This document shows positions 56,280 through 64,000 of a stretch of 64,000 nt of DNA, piece after piece. The position numbers were made by a program, and so were the translations under genes. Each line of letters opens with the position of its first letter. The stretch's first letter is position 1. Source of the DNA: a virus; IMG/VR virus record IMGVR_UViG_3300032272_000003, positions 83,680-147,679 of that record. One strand, 5' to 3'. Below the pieces are notes generated by a model that saw only the letters and a list, made by a program, of their open reading frames with translations, was not told the origin of the DNA and ran no database searches.

Positions 56280-56579
56280 ATGCCTAGTCAACTAGCTAGA
56301 AACACAAAGTTTTACGATACTGCTGACGATAGCACAACAATACAGTTACCAGACACACATACTCTAATGGTGGAGGCCATTAGTGGTCCTGTTACCGTTG
56401 AGATCAGTATGAATACTCATATTGAACTCAGAGATACACCTGGTACATGTGATTGGTATGCTTGGCAAATTGTGCCTGCCGGTGCCGCCAATATATTGTT
56501 TTTAATCAGTGAATATGGTCCAAATGCAATCAGGATCGTTGGTGGTGGTAACACATTTAAAACATGGGTGAAAGGATAA
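56280..56579 (+). CDS. Small beta-rich late protein (paralog 1)
   Basis: TATAAATA at 56247-56254; LPDT.T..VEA, EYG.NA, K.WVKG. Confidence 0.8.
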   Translation: MPSQLARNTKFYDTADDSTTIQLPDTHTLMVEAISGPVTVEISMNTHIELRDTPGTCDWYAWQIVPAGAANILFLISEYGPNAIRIVGGGNTFKTWVKG

Positions 56580-56869
56580 TGAGTAATTTAGCAAACGGTA
56601 CCCGGTACTACGATGATGGTACATACACAAGTGAAGACCCCATTCATCTACCAGATACGACTACGATCTTGGTAGAAGCAGGAACAGCCGCCGTGGAGAT
56701 ATACCTTAGCATGAACACACCAGAAGAGATTGATGGTGTATTTGTGGAGAGTTGGTATCTTTACAAGACTGTCGCACTGGGCACATTCAATTTCGAAGCA
56801 ATCGAATATGGTGCTAATGCCATGAAGTTGAAGTTCACCGGTACCATGAAAGCATGGGTTAAAGGTTAA
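56579..56869 (+). CDS. Small beta-rich late protein (paralog 2)
   Basis: Clear paralog of previous gene. Confidence 0.8.
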   Translation: MSNLANGTRYYDDGTYTSEDPIHLPDTTTILVEAGTAAVEIYLSMNTPEEIDGVFVESWYLYKTVALGTFNFEAIEYGANAMKLKFTGTMKAWVKG

Positions 56870-57258
56870 TGGGTAATCCATTGGATGATGTCTTCAATAT
56901 GGATTCAGAAGACGATCCATTCAAGGACGACCATAAAGAGGTAGTGATTCCAGAAAACCCAGAGCTGGACGACATTGTTCGTCTGGCCCTTGATACTTAT
57001 AAGGAACAGATGGATGATGTACAACATCTTGAACCAAAGTTCAGAGCACGTAACCTGGAAGTATCACAACAGTTTTTGAAGCTTGCCCTGGATTCGCTTG
57101 TCAAGAAGAAAGAGATGGCCCAGGCCGACCGTAAAATCGATATCGATGAGAAGGTCAAGTTGGACAAAATCGCCACAAAGGGTGACGATACACCCGGCGA
57201 CGGAACTACACAGAAGACCAGGAAACAGCTAATGGAAGACTTAAACAGTGAAGGTTAG
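56869..57258 (+). CDS. Possible terminase small subunit (gp16-like)
   Basis: Helical AL..Y..Q...LEP..RAR..EV...FL..ALD pattern; late operon; weak resemblance only. Confidence 0.4.
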   Translation: MGNPLDDVFNMDSEDDPFKDDHKEVVIPENPELDDIVRLALDTYKEQMDDVQHLEPKFRARNLEVSQQFLKLALDSLVKKKEMAQADRKIDIDEKVKLDKIATKGDDTPGDGTTQKTRKQLMEDLNSEG

Positions 57259-57577
57259 TGATCTGATCAACTACGATAAGCAACTAATGGAAGCGTTCAT
57301 TGGTAGCCAGGCTGCTCAGAACTTTGTAAATCGTATGAAGTCACGAAGCTCTATTGTAGGGCGTAGAGGCCAAGTAATGATGGTTGCCAAGGAAAGAGAA
57401 TTGTTATCGATGGTTGCTAAGATCGAAGCAAAGGTACATGAACTCATTGACGAGTGGCAATCATCCGGTGAGGCAAATGTTAGTTCAGATACAGCGGAAC
57501 TGTTACACTCTCGGTCACGACTGATAGCGTTCATGCTACTAAATGACATGGTAGAGAAAATAGGTGGAAGAATATGA
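57248..57577 (+). CDS. Late protein, N-terminal MKVSDLI
   Basis: Coupled ORF. Confidence 0.7.
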   Translation: MKVSDLINYDKQLMEAFIGSQAAQNFVNRMKSRSSIVGRRGQVMMVAKERELLSMVAKIEAKVHELIDEWQSSGEANVSSDTAELLHSRSRLIAFMLLNDMVEKIGGRI

Positions 57578-57909
57578 TAATTGATGATTTATTTGAAGTG
57601 GCTGCTGTCGGTATGACATCGGTACAGTCCATTGGTAAGATTGAATACACCGCTGCACCTAACCAGATCAAACTGTTTAGACGCGACGAAGCTGACAAGC
57701 CATGTTGTGTCGCTTCTATAAAGAGAATCACCGGTAAAGGATGGCATGTTGTCCCAACCATGGCATGGGCACAATTCAAGATGCCACATTTCGGCCAAGT
57801 CTTTGGTGCTAATACATCCATCAAAGGGATGAAGACTCATAGTAACAAGATTGAAGACATCATGAAGTCATTCGGTATTCGTTACGACTCAATTCAACAA
57901 ATGGGGTAA
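57574..57909 (+). CDS. Late protein, N-terminal MIIDDLFE
   Basis: ATGA-coupled. Confidence 0.75.
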   Translation: MIIDDLFEVAAVGMTSVQSIGKIEYTAAPNQIKLFRRDEADKPCCVASIKRITGKGWHVVPTMAWAQFKMPHFGQVFGANTSIKGMKTHSNKIEDIMKSFGIRYDSIQQMG

Positions 57910-57918
57910 CCCTCCAGG

Positions 57919-57948
57919 CCACCCCACCCCACCCCATAGCCCCACCCT
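57919..57948 (-). other. G-quadruplex-forming tract
   Basis: GGGTGGGGCTATGGGGTGGGGTGGGGTGG between convergent stop codons. Confidence 0.7.
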
Positions 57949-58216
57949 ATAACCTTTCAGCCGCCTGATTGATATTTAAAGTCTCCAAATGCTTCTTGGC
58001 ATTCTCTTTATGCATAAACGTGTGAACGATCACCCATTCGTTCGGGCGTTCAAAATGTTTCTCTTTATATTTTTTAATATACCACACACGACCACATATC
58101 ATTGTGACTTGCCCCTCATCTATAGTTTCCACATTTCTACAATAATACATAAACTTACCAGGAAAGACTCTATGCTCGCCGTTACGACCACCAGTTCTTA
58201 TATAAAATCCGCTCAT
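57947..58216 (-). CDS. Hypothetical protein (paralog of frameshifted 59166-59446)
   Basis: G.V(W/Y)...W....F..K..A....(L/I)NI. Confidence 0.75.
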   Translation of the reverse strand: MSGFYIRTGGRNGEHRVFPGKFMYYCRNVETIDEGQVTMICGRVWYIKKYKEKHFERPNEWVIVHTFMHKENAKKHLETLNINQAAERL

Positions 58217-59169
58217 TACACAGGCTCACCCATATCAATAGGATCACGCATACCCAGGAATACGGGGTGACGTGGTTTCTCCTTGACACCATAGTCGAAG
58301 TACTTGTACTTGACAAGCTGACCGGTCAATGAATCACGGTTCTCCCACATATGAATCCTGGTGGCCTCATCAAAGCCGGTACCAATCTTGAAGTCGATAC
58401 CCGTCTCAACATCACGGCAGAGAAGGGCACCCAGAAGCTCATCAGCGACCTTGTTGTCCTTGTGGCTGCTCCGCACCGTATGACCAAGTGCATCCGTAGT
58501 AGCCTCGTTTAGATTCCGCATGAGTGGTTCAAAACCCTCGATCACAGCCTCAGAGTCAGAGAAGTTCTTCATCTTCAACAGAATACCCTCATTGGTGGTG
58601 CTACGACCGTTCTTATAAGGGCCGGTAGGATCACGCAACATGATACCTTCATAACCCTGCTCGATAAACTCGTTGGCCTTGGTGCGTAGCTCTTCAGCGT
58701 TGTGCACCATAACATGGGGTACGAAGTGTATATCCATGACGAAACCTGCCGCCTTTTCAACATTTTCAATATCAACATTCATCATAGCGGCTATCTGATC
58801 TTTAGCGAACTGTAGACGCTCATCGAAGGGACGGTCATCGCCATCCTTGAATACGTGATCAAATACATAGAATGATACTTGGTTCTGGGTGTCGTGTGAC
58901 ATCACAGCACTGTTAGTCTTCCGGTAGCAGTCTGGTGCACATGGGCTTCCCATAATCAACTCACCATCAAGACCTTCCAGAATATCACCGTACATCGCTT
59001 GTACCAGCTTATTAGGAATAGGTTTCAGGGTACGACTGACCAATTGACTTTCTCGTGCAATACATCGTATGCCGTCCAACTTTGGCGACACCAACTTCGG
59101 ATAATCTAGTTTGTCTAAATCTGCCGGTACCTTCCCACTCAACATGGGCTTCCACTTTTTATCGCTCAT
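58216..59169 (-). CDS. ATP-dependent DNA ligase
   Basis: PKLDGIR motif I, DGEL, FYVFD, EGIMLR, LLKMK, GTGF, PRHPVF. Confidence 0.97.
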   Translation of the reverse strand: MSDKKWKPMLSGKVPADLDKLDYPKLVSPKLDGIRCIARESQLVSRTLKPIPNKLVQAMYGDILEGLDGELIMGSPCAPDCYRKTNSAVMSHDTQNQVSFYVFDHVFKDGDDRPFDERLQFAKDQIAAMMNVDIENVEKAAGFVMDIHFVPHVMVHNAEELRTKANEFIEQGYEGIMLRDPTGPYKNGRSTTNEGILLKMKNFSDSEAVIEGFEPLMRNLNEATTDALGHTVRSSHKDNKVADELLGALLCRDVETGIDFKIGTGFDEATRIHMWENRDSLTGQLVKYKYFDYGVKEKPRHPVFLGMRDPIDMGEPV

Positions 59170-59446
59170 ATATTAATCACCTTCTTATAATCTTCGGCTT
59201 CCTTCTTGTTAGAGAAGTGCCCTAATGTCGTCCAAGCCAACACCCAGACTTGAACCTCAGCTATACTATTCCTATTGACAATCCTTTGGATCATTTGTTC
59301 AACTTCATAAACCTTACCAATTACTTTTTTAGCTTCTTTTCTCCATACGGGGGAGTATATCTCGTCCAGAAACCAAAGGTGCCAGTTATACGTACTCTAC
59401 CGAGCTGGTCGATTGATGGCGGTGGTGGCGGTGGTGTTAAACCCAC
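59166..59446 (-). CDS. Gene split by a -1 frameshift (41-aa 0-frame product, about 93-aa transframe product)
   Basis: AAGGAG SD plus GTG; CTA AAA AAG TAA; -1 frame continues to ATGA overlap with ligase. Confidence 0.6.
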
Positions 59447-59552
59447 TTTAATACTCCTTAATGGTAAATGTTGTTGTGAAAGAATTAGTGTCATAATTTT
59501 AATGCCTTCATATACACATCAGCATCCTTACGGCTATGAAACTCACCGAGAG

Positions 59553-59795
59553 TTACCCAGTCATAAAAGGGAGATTTAATCCTAATAGTTTTACCAACTG
59601 ATTCCTCCCAGTCACATCGTACCTCGTCAACATAATATGTCCACCCGAATAACTTGATCCTTTTCTTACCATCAATGTCAGTATATCGGCGGTATATATA
59701 TAAAGATCACTACGCTCGATACGAAGGTTCCCAACCTCACTAGCCATTGGGAATCGAATTTGTGGTGGAAATGCTGGGTCAAAGTACTCATCCAT
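59553..59795 (-). CDS. Hypothetical protein (probable start MDEYF)
   Basis: Downstream of a sigma70-type promoter. Confidence 0.55.
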   Translation of the reverse strand: MDEYFDPAFPPQIRFPMASEVGNLRIERSDLYIYTADILTLMVRKGSSYSGGHIMLTRYDVTGRNQLVKLLGLNLPFMTG

Positions 59796-59802
59796 ATCAC
59801 AC

Positions 59803-59831
59803 ATGCTATCATTTAAGATATCCGAAGTCAA
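59803..59831 (-). promoter_or_regulatory. Sigma70 promoter TTGACT-17-(TG)TAGCAT
   Basis: The -35 overlaps late promoter AATAAATA 59830-59837 on the + strand. Confidence 0.6.
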
Positions 59832-59842
59832 TAAATAGATGT

Positions 59843-60559
59843 ATGGCAACTTTCAAACAGAATCGTATTGGTCAATATGGCCCAAAGGACAGGGACTTAC
59901 AGAAGCGTATGTCCTTCGAGCGGCTATCGCTGACCGCCAAGAGTGCTTACTATTACCTCTATAAGGGTGTGAAGACCAACCCATCTCCAGATGTCACCGA
60001 CATTCAAGACCCTATCTTCCTTGAGAATCGTGACAGAGAATACGATTTAGAAGCTATCGAAGTTAACATCTGGTATGAAACACTCCCAGTATCAGCCTTC
60101 GACCTTAGCCGGATCGGGATCATCAATCCTGTCGGCAACACCCAAGAATTCAGAATGCATACCCTGACCATGGAGAGTGACGGACTGGGCCGTTATCCAC
60201 TCGCCGGGGATATCATCGAAGTACCATTCTTAGAACAAGATGATCGTAGGGCATTCTTTGAAGTGACCGACGTTGACCGTAAACAGGAGTTCGAGAACTT
60301 CATTATAATCCTCACCACGGTACCTGTGGAACATTCTCAGGAGACTTCTGATCTTCATGGTGAAGATGGATGGGATAGCAACGAAAGCGTTCTGGAAGAC
60401 CTTATGGACGATATTGATCAATACCAGAAGGATGAGTTTGAAGAGACCGGCCTGGACGATACCGGACTTGACGGCGTGGAACAAACACGTAATACTTATG
60501 ATCCAAGACCAGACATCGCTGAGGACTTCCTCGACGATCCTAATAAGAAGATATTCTAA
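59843..60559 (+). CDS. Neck protein T4 gp14-like
   Basis: LSRIG...F..H...GR.P..GDIIEVP....FFEVTDV; start MATFKQ lies 5 nt after AATAAATA. Confidence 0.8.
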   Translation: MATFKQNRIGQYGPKDRDLQKRMSFERLSLTAKSAYYYLYKGVKTNPSPDVTDIQDPIFLENRDREYDLEAIEVNIWYETLPVSAFDLSRIGIINPVGNTQEFRMHTLTMESDGLGRYPLAGDIIEVPFLEQDDRRAFFEVTDVDRKQEFENFIIILTTVPVEHSQETSDLHGEDGWDSNESVLEDLMDDIDQYQKDEFEETGLDDTGLDGVEQTRNTYDPRPDIAEDFLDDPNKKIF

Positions 60560-61008
60560 TGAAAGTTATTGATTTATTTGAAGGTTCAGGACTGACACTC
60601 ATGGGTGTTCGGTTCTCAAAGACTCCTGGCAGAACAGTAGCTAAGGCATCTGGCCATGGCGGTGGTATCTCTGGTGCCGAACGTAAGCGTAAGCGTGATT
60701 ATCCTGAAACCTATATCGATGATAGGGTTTACTTCTATGACCAGGTCACATTCAAACAAAAAGAACCTGGACTCGGTATTCACCAACAGGAAGCAACACT
60801 CACCAAAATCTACGATATGACTCGTGACCCGGATGGTCTTAAGAAGATAGCCAAGGCTCGGGCACTTGAAATGGAAGGTGTAGCGGCTCCCGCTCTCATG
60901 ATGAATATATTCGAACAGCTAGTGGTAGAGAAGCGGTATAATGGCTATACCAGTGGTGGTATCATAATCGTATTCCACGATGTCCGTGTCACCCCTATAG
61001 GTTCTTAG
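60559..61008 (+). CDS. Late protein, N-terminal MKVIDLFE
   Basis: Coupled to gp14-like gene. Confidence 0.75.
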   Translation: MKVIDLFEGSGLTLMGVRFSKTPGRTVAKASGHGGGISGAERKRKRDYPETYIDDRVYFYDQVTFKQKEPGLGIHQQEATLTKIYDMTRDPDGLKKIAKARALEMEGVAAPALMMNIFEQLVVEKRYNGYTSGGIIIVFHDVRVTPIGS

Positions 61009-61300
61009 AAGCAATCATCACATCTAACCACTGCTGAAACCCCTGCATACTATCGCCAGGGTTCTCTTCCTTATACCGGTCACGTAGAATCTCAATTAGA
61101 ATACCCTTCTCTTTGAGTCGCCGGGCGGTACTCTCAACATGTCGAATATGTGTTTCATGCTTGATCTCTATCTCTATACCAGCCAACACCAATTCTCGTT
61201 CGAGTCTCTTAATCGTTAACTTCTCAACACAAATCCATACTGACAGTGCACAACATGATAACAAGGTACCAATAATTATACTTACCCCTCCATCAAACAT
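60995..61300 (-). CDS. Membrane-anchored coiled-coil protein
   Basis: AGGAG SD; N-terminal TM. Confidence 0.7.
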   Translation of the reverse strand: MFDGGVSIIIGTLLSCCALSVWICVEKLTIKRLERELVLAGIEIEIKHETHIRHVESTARRLKEKGILIEILRDRYKEENPGDSMQGFQQWLDVMIASKNL

Positions 61301-61324
61301 ATTCGCTCCTGTATAAATACTAGC

Positions 61325-62056
61325 ATGACTGAAACAGACTTTTTTGATGAACTCCAGGCCAGACTAGGTGGAAACCTGATCGACGTAGAACTCACTTACC
61401 CTGATTTCAGGGTAGCGTTCAATCTTGCTACTCTCACCTACCGTACAAAGGGCAATGATAATCTGAAGAATACCTTCTATGCCATTTCGGTGGATAGTTC
61501 ATCTCAAACCTATACATTACCAACCGAGATCGACGAGATCATTGAAGTCGTCGATGCTGCTGAAGGTAACCTATTATCATCAGGTACCTCTGCTGATCCG
61601 TTCGCCCTGGCATTCATCCAGAGCACATTCAGTGGGCTAGGTATTGGTGGTGTATCACTCGTCAACCTAGAACTGTATCATCAACAGCTTGAAACTGTTG
61701 GTAACTACACTGTTAGTGACCAACCATTCATATTTGACCGTGTTAATCATCAGGTCACGTTCCTGAAACACATCGGCTCTGCTCAAAACTGGTTACTCGA
61801 AGTCTACAGCCGCATGACCGACGAAGAGTACCGTGATGTTCTGTGGATCAAAGAGTTTGCCCTGGCCGAAGCCAAGATCATGCTCGGACGTGCTTATCAG
61901 AAGTATGCTACTCTCACCACACCATCTGGTGAAACCAACCTCAATGGTGAACAGCTTATTGCTGACGGTAAAGAAGATAAAGATCGTCTCCTAGAAGACA
62001 TCAAGAACTTCACCGACACCGAAGACGCTATTGGTGGAATCATCTTCCTGGGCTAA
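61325..62056 (+). CDS. Neck protein T4 gp13-like
   Basis: RLG...IDVELT, WIKEFALAEAK.MLG....KY....P.G...LNG..L...G; TATAAATA at 61312-61319. Confidence 0.9.
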   Translation: MTETDFFDELQARLGGNLIDVELTYPDFRVAFNLATLTYRTKGNDNLKNTFYAISVDSSSQTYTLPTEIDEIIEVVDAAEGNLLSSGTSADPFALAFIQSTFSGLGIGGVSLVNLELYHQQLETVGNYTVSDQPFIFDRVNHQVTFLKHIGSAQNWLLEVYSRMTDEEYRDVLWIKEFALAEAKIMLGRAYQKYATLTTPSGETNLNGEQLIADGKEDKDRLLEDIKNFTDTEDAIGGIIFLG

Positions 62057-62511
62057 AGCCCCATAAGACACATGTTCAACGACATAGATGCCAGCTCTAA
62101 TAGCGGGGAATCTTCGTGGTTGTCCTCTAACAAGTGAAATAGATTCATTTCAAAGTCCCAGTCACACCCCCTAATGTCTGGATGATCGTCATCATCATTG
62201 GTGGCGTGCCAGAAGAACTTCTCGTAATTTAAAAAGTAATAATATCCATCATATTTTATAAAGTACCCACCATCCTGGCTCATATCGGTATCGATATTGA
62301 GCCAATACATAACATTCTCAACCAGATCGGCATCGGTAATCCTATCATGCATCTCATCACTGGTGTATCTTTCAAACTCACCGGCCTTGCTACGATACTC
62401 ACTCATCATAAAAACGACCCCATATGCTGGGACATCGATATACTTCTCGAACAGAGAACTGATCTCGAAGCTAGACATACTCGTCCACGCCAGTGAAGTC
62501 AACCTCACCAC
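62053..62511 (-). CDS. Hypothetical protein (DGGYFI, family D-like)
   Basis: ORF; real start probably MSSFEI. Confidence 0.65.
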   Translation of the reverse strand: MVRLTSLAWTSMSSFEISSLFEKYIDVPAYGVVFMMSEYRSKAGEFERYTSDEMHDRITDADLVENVMYWLNIDTDMSQDGGYFIKYDGYYYFLNYEKFFWHATNDDDDHPDIRGCDWDFEMNLFHLLEDNHEDSPLLELASMSLNMCLMGL

Positions 62512-62743
62512 TGGCTAATGACTCTGCAATGACAAGTGCTCTTGTCATCACCGGCCAGGCTGCTGTAGGTATATCACCAGTCGCATAAACGTTGATGGTG
62601 GCATGTTGATCATCACCAATACCCTTCTTCCTGGCCACATCTATGTTGAAGGATCGTGGACTACCGTTCACACCAATGAATGATACTATAATCCGGTACT
62701 CAACATAATCCTTATAGTCTTCTTTCTTTACTGCAATAGCCAT
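62471..62743 (-). CDS. Hypothetical protein
   Basis: AGGAGG SD. Confidence 0.75.
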   Translation of the reverse strand: MAIAVKKEDYKDYVEYRIIVSFIGVNGSPRSFNIDVARKKGIGDDQHATINVYATGDIPTAAWPVMTRALVIAESLASGEVDFTGVDEYV

Positions 62744-62751
62744 ACTGCCTC

Positions 62752-63105
62752 CTAAAAGTCAATCATTATTTTGGCTAACTTGGATTTGCCATGCCAGTCT
62801 TCTGCAACTTCCTTAGCCTCTTTGAGACCCATACCATATTCACCACGAATTGCTTTGATCAGTGGTACCTTCCAAGATTCACCACCAGGCACCTCGTACT
62901 GCTTAAAAACAGAATCGATCAAGCCAACTGTCATACCATGTACTAGTTTCTTACTGGCATCCATTTCAGTCATATTCTTAAGACACTCGATAATAGCGGA
63001 AAGACGATTAAGATCGAGGGATGTCACATCCTTAATAACAACTTCCTCATTAACGATGATATCGAACACATCATCGTCCTTCTCTACAAATCCAAATTTC
63101 TTCAC
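62752..63105 (-). CDS. Protein with ribosomal L7/L12 C-terminal-like domain
   Basis: KVPLIKAIRGEYGMGLKEAKEVAE. Confidence 0.8.
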   Translation of the reverse strand: MKKFGFVEKDDDVFDIIVNEEVVIKDVTSLDLNRLSAIIECLKNMTEMDASKKLVHGMTVGLIDSVFKQYEVPGGESWKVPLIKAIRGEYGMGLKEAKEVAEDWHGKSKLAKIMIDF

Positions 63106-63142
63106 ATTAATCTCCTAGTAATATGGTATTCTATAGACAATT

Positions 63143-63328
63143 CTATTCGATGTCAAGTTTCTGTTTGGCACACTCAAGTTCTTGTGGTGTCATCTGTATT
63201 TCAAGTGCTGCCAACTGCTCACGGATTTTAATCCCACGGTGTATGTGGCGTTGCAGCTGCTCGGCAACCACCAGACATTTATACGTCTGCACATACCGCA
63301 TAACCTTTTCTTGATCTACTTTATCCAT
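63143..63328 (-). CDS. Hypothetical protein
   Basis: Coupled ORF. Confidence 0.65.
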   Translation of the reverse strand: MDKVDQEKVMRYVQTYKCLVVAEQLQRHIHRGIKIREQLAALEIQMTPQELECAKQKLDIE

Positions 63329-63669
63329 TACAATTCCCTCGGTGGTTTGTTGCAGGGCTTACAAGGCGGCATCGGTGGTGCCTTTGGTCTTGGTGGAATT
63401 GCAAGGTGTTTCGCCCGTAGATATTTCAACAATCCACTCAACAAGCCTGGGTCATCGCTAGTAAGACACTGCCCACAAATATGTGTATACAATGCAATAA
63501 TATTAGTGCCACTTGAACCGGGATATCGGTTGACCTTATCATCAACATGGAATTGATACATCATTTCACGTCGGACTTCCATCTCACAACATTGACATTT
63601 GTGCCAAAATAACAAAGGCCAAATCTTCCTAACACCTGTTGCGGGTTTCATTGTTGGATCACGCTTCAT
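63328..63669 (-). CDS. Hypothetical Cys/Pro-rich protein
   Basis: CQCC...ICGQC; ATGA overlap. Confidence 0.65.
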   Translation of the reverse strand: MKRDPTMKPATGVRKIWPLLFWHKCQCCEMEVRREMMYQFHVDDKVNRYPGSSGTNIIALYTHICGQCLTSDDPGLLSGLLKYLRAKHLAIPPRPKAPPMPPCKPCNKPPREL

Positions 63670-64000
63670 ACGATTGCTCCTGATATAATGATGATGCTGC
63701 TTAATGACCAAGCGACTATCGCTGAGTATACACCAACTGATAGAATCATACCATACATTAACCACTTCTCGGCTCTGGAACCACCATCGCTGTGATGTTT
63801 ATGAACAAGTCCCACTGACGCCGCTACCATAGCAAATCCTGGTACCTTCGCTATTAACAATCCAATAATAGTACCACATGCCTCGACGATTGGTATCAGT
63901 AATGGGTTAATCTCCATGCCGCCTGTCGAGATGATATAGTTGGTCAGAAACACATCACCGATGCTAAGAAGCAACACAATGATGATCATCTTGTATATGA
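63666..64000 (-). CDS. Membrane protein, DUF5658-like (5' end may lie outside window)
   Basis: D..LT.Y....GG.E.NPL plus TM helices. Confidence 0.7.
   Translation of the reverse strand, partial: IYKMIIIVLLLSIGDVFLTNYIISTGGMEINPLLIPIVEACGTIIGLLIAKVPGFAMVAASVGLVHKHHSDGGSRAEKWLMYGMILSVGVYSAIVAWSLSSIIIISGAIV

Noticed and set aside
59747-59849. ORF-track starts at 59747 (+) and 59849 (-), and likewise 7312 (+)
   Set aside because: They overlap opposite-strand genes; promoter geometry supports starts at 59843, 59795 and 7339
1-64000. tRNA, rRNA, introns or inteins
   Set aside because: No cloverleaf seen in the few intergenic gaps; terminase, helicase, recombinase, clamp loader and ligase are of normal length and uninterrupted. 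A tRNAscan/Infernal run would be needed to be certain

Overview
64 kb segment of a large T4-superfamily-like (probably jumbo) myophage infecting a Gram-negative host (it has a two-component spanin); standard genetic code. The + strand carries late genes, most behind T4-type xATAAATA late promoters: tape-measure end, baseplate (gp53, gp27, gp5, gp25, gp6, gp7-like), several tail fibres, lysis cassette, gp15, gp19-like, gp14 and gp13. The - strand carries the terminase large subunit, early/replication genes (clamp loader, ClpP-like, GroES-like, PAAR, Mom-like, DnaE fragment, UvsW/UvsY/UvsX, ATP ligase, L7/L12-like) and many small ORFs. Most striking: two antisense arrays (3357-7328 and 8151-14671) split the baseplate operon and hold 31 small hyper-divergent paralogs in three families, almost all chained by ATGA overlaps and converging on a C-terminal [H/Y/F]-[K/I/V]-A-x(2-3)-L helix. 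Other leads are sigma70-type promoters that overlap late promoters on the opposite strand, five apparently leaderless late structural mRNAs, a candidate three-way-junction late ncRNA beside the terminase, a dnaX-like -1 frameshift site coupled to the ligase start, an N-terminal capsid-targeting-like motif and a G-quadruplex tract. All protein calls come from motif recognition by eye; no database search was run.
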